Shown piece by piece: positions 26,853 to 32,000 of a stretch of 32,000 nt of DNA (positions within the stretch are counted from its first letter, which is position 1; each line of letters begins with the position of its first letter). The notes beneath the pieces are model-generated. The model had not been told where the DNA came from. It did not search any database and saw only the letters and a program-made list of their open reading frames with translations. The position numbers were made by a program, and so were the translations under genes. The DNA comes from Haloquadratum walsbyi C23 (lineage in GTDB: Archaea > Halobacteriota > Halobacteria > Halobacteriales > Haloferacaceae), in the NCBI RefSeq assembly GCF_000237865.1, contig NC_017459.1, positions 900,001 to 932,000 on the forward strand, read 5' to 3'.

Positions 26853-27326
26853 TTACTCTTGAAGATGTGCCTGAACAACGACCGACCCATCACCAATTGA
26901 GACTGTCAGTCGATCGCGAATGAGTTCAAATTCTTTACACTCATGCCCATCTGGTCCAATTGTTTGGGTTGTCCTCACAAATCCAGCCGACTCAAGTCTA
27001 TTTAGCCGACGATAAATAGTGGGTCGAGAAGCATCACAAATAGACGCTATCTCTCGCCCTCGTTTTGAGCCATCACAAAGTGTCATAATAATTGTACGGG
27101 CAAATTCATCATCAACAAGCTCGAGATGCGGAGGCGCATCGACGTCCTCATTTTCATTATCCATCGTCATTGTCGCTGTAATGGTATTCGCTATTTCATT
27201 GGATGGATGCTGTTGTTCCTGGATATGCATCGAGTCATCGTCATCACGCTCAGTTTCGGTAGATCCGGACTTAGATGCATTCTTTGTCTGTGCGTCAGCT
27301 TGAGTCAGAGACGGTGTCATTGACAT
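26853..27326 (-). CDS. Winged-helix (ArsR/TrmB-like) DNA-binding protein, paralog of 29160..29543
   Basis: 157-aa ORF with an acidic N-terminal tail, then 'DDEFARTIIMTLCDGSKRGREIASICDASRPTIYRRLNRLESAGFVRT...GPDGHECKEFELI'. Confidence 0.8.
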   Translation of the reverse strand: MSMTPSLTQADAQTKNASKSGSTETERDDDDSMHIQEQQHPSNEIANTITATMTMDNENEDVDAPPHLELVDDEFARTIIMTLCDGSKRGREIASICDASRPTIYRRLNRLESAGFVRTTQTIGPDGHECKEFELIRDRLTVSIGDGSVVVQAHLQE

Positions 27327-27490
27327 CTATTGTTAACGTATTCATACATCCGCGTAATCGTGATGTCAACTGAGATTACCACCTGAATGATTGAGGGCTA
27401 TCTATATTGACTCTTTATACTACGACAGATAGTTGATCAAAGTGAAGTACCCAACGCACGGTGGCGCGAGGAACTCACGCTGCTTTCCGC

Positions 27491-28714
27491 TTAGATACTG
27501 CTTGACTGGATTGAGGCTGGGACTGAACACTCGAGCATATTTCCAAATGCAATCGTCCGCCGTCCGGCGAGGCGTTTGACAAACACCGAGCAATCTGTTG
27601 GCAGTCGAGACGTTGATACCGGGACCGCATTCACAAGCTGTTTCATCCGCTGGCGTCGCCGCTGTTCATATTCTGATAGCGCTTCTTCAACCACCTCTGG
27701 ACCATACGCAAGTTCATCTGCGAGGACCCATGCATCTTCACACCCGAGTGTTGGACATAAGCGATCTCCTGGAACACCTGATCGTGCACCAGCCCCAACG
27801 AGTGCAATACCGTTCATCGCGATTGATATCGGGTGACTATCGCTCACTCGTCCATACTGAATATCATGCTGATTAAGCTGGTCAAACGGATCTTCAATTG
27901 GATTGAATAGTGTCCCAAACCGTGACTCGAGATCTGAAACCGTAATTGTCGCTCCCGCTGAGGTATCATTTCGAGCAACAAGTCGAACCCACACGTCGTC
28001 GGTCCCGATGGGAATAATAAATGCAGCAATCTGCTCGCCCCACAGTTCAATTGAGTGCACTGGAGCCGATGTTTCCGCTGGCCAACGAAATGACCATGTA
28101 TGCACGTTGCCATATGAGCGTTCAGTATCTGTCGCTGTTGTAAGTACGCCGCGGTGTTCAGCTACGATTGCATCAAATCGTTCTGTGACATTGTCATTAA
28201 AGCTCGCACATGCTGTGGGACTTGATGATGAGATATGTTCAGGTCCAGTGTCTGTTGTCCCAGTTACCGTGCTCACAATCCGATCTGTTGTATCAACACG
28301 CTTACGAATTGACCATTCAAAGATTGATTCAAGATCTGAGCGTCCAATAGCAATCAGCGATGGGTCTGTTGGCGTCGGTTCGTTAACTTTGGTTATTTGA
28401 TCTGCTGACTCTGTTATGTTATGATACATGAGCTCTGTCAATGGGGATCCATGACGCTCAATTGGACGCCGAAGCCCAATCCGCTCGAGTAATTGTAATC
28501 CTGGTTTCCAGAATACGACAATCCCTGTTCGGATAGGGTCTGCACCAACACTTGCGAGGAGTGGATCGAGACCGGCTTGTTCGACGAATCCAGCTGTTAG
28601 CGTCGCGGTAACACCATCGCCGGCAATCAGAATCTGTCGATCACGGTCACCACCCATGCCCGATCCTTTCTCTGCTGTGGTATCATTCTGATTATTAGAT
28701 GATTCAGTATTCAT
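27491..28714 (-). CDS. Flavin-monooxygenase-like (PHBH/UbiH-fold) protein with atypical cofactor motifs
   Basis: 407-aa ORF with a Rossmann-like start 'ILIAGDGVTATLTAGFVEQAGLD', 'IGRSDLESIF' and C-terminal 'GIALVGAGARSGVPGDRLCPTLGCEDAWVLADEL'. These align to the group-A flavoprotein monooxygenase layout, but the consensus DG and GDAAH residues are not conserved. Confidence 0.8.
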   Translation of the reverse strand: MNTESSNNQNDTTAEKGSGMGGDRDRQILIAGDGVTATLTAGFVEQAGLDPLLASVGADPIRTGIVVFWKPGLQLLERIGLRRPIERHGSPLTELMYHNITESADQITKVNEPTPTDPSLIAIGRSDLESIFEWSIRKRVDTTDRIVSTVTGTTDTGPEHISSSSPTACASFNDNVTERFDAIVAEHRGVLTTATDTERSYGNVHTWSFRWPAETSAPVHSIELWGEQIAAFIIPIGTDDVWVRLVARNDTSAGATITVSDLESRFGTLFNPIEDPFDQLNQHDIQYGRVSDSHPISIAMNGIALVGAGARSGVPGDRLCPTLGCEDAWVLADELAYGPEVVEEALSEYEQRRRQRMKQLVNAVPVSTSRLPTDCSVFVKRLAGRRTIAFGNMLECSVPASIQSSSI

Positions 28715-29159
28715 TGATTTGCTGACTTACTGTGATTATTGAATTACTAATTGTTGCCTCGCGCCCTCGGATACTATCTGGACGGGTGCATGATATTGTA
28801 TCTTCAGCGTCACATTCATTGCTCGAAGGGCTGATTTTAGAAGTCTGAGTATTAATGCATACCAGATTGATGTCCAGCTAAACGTACATCTGACCTGCTC
28901 AAATTGCGTGATTGCAGGATGGCTTGTCACACTTTGACATTCTTTCTGTCTAGTATAAATGACGCCTGCACACTTCTAAGATAGAAACATTCAGCCGCAT
29001 CATAATCTCAAAATTAACACTGATATCGATTCCGCGTGTCGCCATACGCAAAGTGGCAGTGGCAGTTGCAAATAACGGTGATGACCAGAGTAATCAATAT
29101 AGATAGCTGTGATAACAGTTCACAAACAGTTAGTATTTCCATTAGTACTTGGATAGATT

Positions 29160-29543
29160 ATGTTAATCATATATGCGATGACGACGAATGCATATCCAAC
29201 TGGGTCGCTTGATGAATCCGGCGGTCTTGAAACCACGAGTGAAACGGCATCTGTGCCAAATGGAGAGTTAGTTGAACTCCTTGCAGATGAGTATGTCTGT
29301 GCACTCCTGTGTGCGCTTGATTCGGATCCACAGTCAGTTGATACTCTCGTTGAGGCGTGTTCAATGTCTCGACCAACCGCATACCGGCGGCTTGACCGTC
29401 TCACTGAAACAGGTATTGTTGATGCCCGGATTAATCCTATTCCCGATGGTCATCACAAACGAGAGTTCTGGCTTGTGCATGATTCATTCGAGATTCAGAT
29501 TGATGCTGATGGTATTGATGGGTCACTCGTAGATAATATATGA
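29160..29543 (+). CDS. Winged-helix DNA-binding protein, paralog of 26853..27326
   Basis: 127-aa ORF containing 'ADEYVCALLCALDSDPQSVDTLVEACSMSRPTAYRRLDRLTETGIVDA...IPDGHHKREFWLV'. About one third of residues are identical to the other copy over an ~80-residue core by hand alignment. The in-frame ATG at 29178 is an alternative start. Confidence 0.8.
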   Translation: MLIIYAMTTNAYPTGSLDESGGLETTSETASVPNGELVELLADEYVCALLCALDSDPQSVDTLVEACSMSRPTAYRRLDRLTETGIVDARINPIPDGHHKREFWLVHDSFEIQIDADGIDGSLVDNI

Positions 29544-29868
29544 ATCACTCTGTGATATCAGTGGAAGTTCACCGATAACGCTCATGTGTAGCAGTCAGTA
29601 CCTGCGGAAGATTGGGTGTAGAGTCGGCAGAGTAACGAACTGACACCTGTGATCAGAGAGGATCGAAACCACGGGTATTCGCTTCTACAGATGAGCGTTG
29701 GATCTATTGACCTGTGAGAGTCACTCTCAATGCCAATTGACGGCATCAGGGACTGGTGGAGACTCAAAGTTTCATGAAGCACTTTTCGCTTTGTTATCTT
29801 CGGAACAAACCGCAACCAGAGATCGAAACACAAAATGAATTAAAAACCGTTGCGTCAGCAATGCAGGA

Positions 29869-29959
29869 GTGAAGTGCCTCAGGGTCAAGCCCCGCGGCAT
29901 TCGCCTTGTTCAACTTGTAAACACAGGCGCTAGGGGTCACCTGATCCGTGGTACTTCAC
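29869..29959 (+). repeat. ~91-bp MITE-like element with terminal inverted repeats GTGAAGTGCC / GGTACTTCAC
   Basis: The 5' end 'gtgaagtgcc' (29869-29878) and the 3' end 'ggtacttcac' (29950-29959) are near-perfect inverted repeats. The interior starts with 'tcagggtcaagccccgcgg', shared with 9598-9632 and 19306-19325. It is embedded in an ORF-less stretch (29570-30125). Confidence 0.5.
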
Positions 29960-30085
29960 AATATCATCTGAGAGAAAGTGACTGACGATTGAGTAGTGAG
30001 AGTAATTCACACTGAGTGAGATTCGCTGTTTCGAGGTGAGAAATTCAACTGGTGAATTGTTTATATCACATGCACAATGTACATA

Positions 30086-30123
30086 CGGCGGTTCAGTACC
30101 GCCGAATGGTAAGTATAATTCCC
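30086..30123 (+). repeat. IS1341-type right-end-like hairpin (plus orientation)
   Basis: A perfect stem CGGCGG-ttcagta-CCGCCG (30086-30104) followed by 'aatggtaagtataattccc'. The same architecture (TTCAG-type loop and GTAT(A)ATTCCC tail) is seen at rc 1387-1410. Confidence 0.35.
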
Positions 30124-30226
30124 GCTGTACGCCCTCACAGTTTACCAGAGCGAACGGCTTTCACGCTCCCGTGGAAGCAATTATTCTTTCCCCTTTTCAG
30201 TGACGCACAGTATGACTCCTGATGTT

Positions 30227-30626
30227 TGATACTCTCCCGGCGCCAAAGCGCGAGGATTCCTCCGGTAGAAGTTCAACGACCGACATACGATGGCAACTTG
30301 CGGATTTTGTCCGCACTTCTTTGAGACTTTGTTGAGGGTGTGGTTTCCTCGACCAATCGTGGTCGTCTCACTCGAATCGCACGGACTGTGCCATCGACCT
30401 GATTCCGTATCGCTGTTTTCCCGATGAACGTCTTTGACGCTGTGAGGTCGGCGTGCCTCTTGAATCTGCATGGACACATCAGCGTCTCTCCGTGGTGAAT
30501 TATCTCTTCGTGGTCGCCAGACTCGGGACACGTCTGACTCGTCCGCGCTTCTGGATCGGATTTGAGGCTGATACCGTATTCTTCACAAGCGCACGCGAGA
30601 TAATCAGATATGGAGATATGAGACAA
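30227..30626 (-). pseudogene. tnpB: C-terminal stub of an IS1341-type TnpB plus its right-end hairpin
   Basis: ORF 30273..30626 encodes only the TnpB zinc-finger/RuvC-III end: '[13 protein letters not shown]...[24 protein letters not shown]'. Downstream on the minus strand lies a GC hairpin (rc of 30237-30256 'cctcgcgctttggcgccggg') and the tail 'agagtatca' (rc of 30227-30235). Everything N-terminal to the zinc finger is missing. Confidence 0.75.
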
Positions 30627-30682
30627 ACGGTCGTTAGTGACTTATATTAGGATGGATGCCTTTCGATTACGAACCCTATCTC

Positions 30683-32000
30683 ATGAGTTCTCCTGATATC
30701 ACAGACGAGAAGTATTATCTCAACCGAGAGCTATCAGAACTCGCATTCCAACAGCGTGTGCTCTCCGAAGGGCTTGATGCGCGCAATCCGCTGCTTGAAC
30801 GTGCGCGTTTCCTTGCCTACTTTACAAAAAACATGGACGAATTTTTCATGAAACGAGTTGGTGGGTTGAAACAACAAATCGAGGCAGGAGTCACAGAGAC
30901 AACGCCAGATGGTCGAACTCCAAACGAACAATGGACAGAAATCCTCGATACAGCGCGACCACTCTTTCGTGAGCAGACTGCTTGCTGGGAAAACGAACTC
31001 AAACCACAGCTTGCAGACGAAGGTATCCATATTCACGCCCACGACGAACTCACTGAATCACAACAAACACAACTTCGTAATCATTTTCAGACATCTGTCT
31101 TGCCAACGCTAACTCCACTTGCATTTGACCCCGCACACCCATTTCCATTTATTTCAAATCTTTCCCTGTCACTTGCTGTTCTCTCTCGTGAAACAGATAA
31201 AAATGATGAGGAACTTACATTCACTCGGATTAAAATCCCACAGAATCAACCACGATTCGTTGAAATTCCGGAGATGAGTCATGGCTATATCCTTATTGAG
31301 GATGTGATTGAGGCAAATCTCGATCTTCTCTTACCGAATGTTGACATCATTGATGTTTCGAAATTCAAAGTTACTCGTAATGCAGAGGTTCGACGCGATG
31401 AGGAAGTCGCTGAGGATCTGATTAACATGATTGAGGAAGTGCTTGAGCAACGACGATTTGCAACGGTTGTTCGAGTCGAAGTTGCGGCTGACATGCCAAA
31501 GCAATCAATATCTGTGCTGAAGGAACAACTCAATGTGACCGATGCAGAGGTATTCTATCGTAAAGGTCCAATTGATTTCCGCTCGCTATTTGAGCTTACT
31601 AAAATTAATCGTTCAGATCTCAAGACCCCGTCATGGACACCACAGCCTCATCCTCGAATCATGCGTGGTCCAGGTGTTGATCCTCGTGATGAGCCCGCAG
31701 ATGTCTTTACTGAGATTCAAGAAGATGATATTCTTGTTCATCACCCATACCATTCATTTGAGGGCACTGTTCATCATTTTTTACAGGCTGCTGCACATGA
31801 CCCGGATGTACTCGCGGTGAAGGCTGCTATCTATCGAACAGCAAGCGACTCAAAGGTTATTCAAAGTCTGATCGATGCTGCTGATAATGGCAAGCAAGTC
31901 GCAGTCATGGTCGAACTTAAAGCTCGATTTGATGAACAAAATAATCTTGAGTGGGTACGCCGACTTGAAGAGGAGGGTATTCATGTTGCTTATGGAACTG
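30683..32000 (+). CDS. ppk: Polyphosphate kinase 1 (5' part; runs off the window end)
   Basis: This open frame is absent from the ORF track because it has no stop in the window. It reads 'MSSPDITDEKYYLNRELSELAFQQRVLSEGLDARNPLLERARFLAYFTKNMDEFFMKRVGGLKQQI', '...LTPLAFDPAHPFPFISNLSLSLAVL...' and, at the end, 'VELKARFDEQNNLEWVRRLEEEGIHVAYGT'. All are classic PPK1 blocks. Confidence 0.93.
   Translation, partial: MSSPDITDEKYYLNRELSELAFQQRVLSEGLDARNPLLERARFLAYFTKNMDEFFMKRVGGLKQQIEAGVTETTPDGRTPNEQWTEILDTARPLFREQTACWENELKPQLADEGIHIHAHDELTESQQTQLRNHFQTSVLPTLTPLAFDPAHPFPFISNLSLSLAVLSRETDKNDEELTFTRIKIPQNQPRFVEIPEMSHGYILIEDVIEANLDLLLPNVDIIDVSKFKVTRNAEVRRDEEVAEDLINMIEEVLEQRRFATVVRVEVAADMPKQSISVLKEQLNVTDAEVFYRKGPIDFRSLFELTKINRSDLKTPSWTPQPHPRIMRGPGVDPRDEPADVFTEIQEDDILVHHPYHSFEGTVHHFLQAAAHDPDVLAVKAAIYRTASDSKVIQSLIDAADNGKQVAVMVELKARFDEQNNLEWVRRLEEEGIHVAYGT

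Noticed and set aside
28736-28930. 64-aa ORF in the divergent region between the monooxygenase-like gene and the wHTH paralog.
   Set aside because: It is short, non-acidic and without motifs. It is more likely promoter or leader DNA for the two flanking genes.

Overview
The window looks like chromosomal DNA from a low-G+C haloarchaeon. The predicted proteins are strongly acidic, the intergenic regions are AT-rich, and the gene content is typically haloarchaeal; a Haloquadratum-like source is my inference, with no search run. All product calls come from motif reading of the supplied translations.

The core is a divergent glycerol regulon: glpK plus a tightly coupled membrane protein on the minus strand, and glpA-glpB-glpC on the plus strand. 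Also present are a VOC/glyoxalase protein, a fumarylacetoacetate hydrolase (FAH) family hydrolase, aIF-1A, a divergent Orc1/Cdc6 paralog, PhoU, and the 5' part of ppk1 running off the window end.

The less ordinary content is:
1. A lipid or glycoconjugate-type cluster: a GT4 glycosyltransferase with a large low-complexity insert lies divergent from a Gfo/Idh/MocA-aldo/keto-reductase fusion. That fusion overlaps by 4 nt a CDP-alcohol phosphatidyltransferase.
2. A giant 1805-aa Bat/HTH_10-type regulator with about 6 PAS and about 3 GAF modules.
3. A small islet in which two paralogous winged-helix proteins flank a flavin-monooxygenase-like protein whose cofactor motifs look degenerate.
4. A scatter of decayed IS200/IS605 (IS1341-type) TnpB material. 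It comprises one multiply disrupted tnpB, one C-terminal tnpB stub abutting ppk, two ORF-less structured scaffolds resembling TnpB guide RNA (omega-RNA), and several solo terminal hairpins or mini-palindromes sharing short motifs.

I found no tRNA, rRNA, CRISPR array or convincing replication origin.
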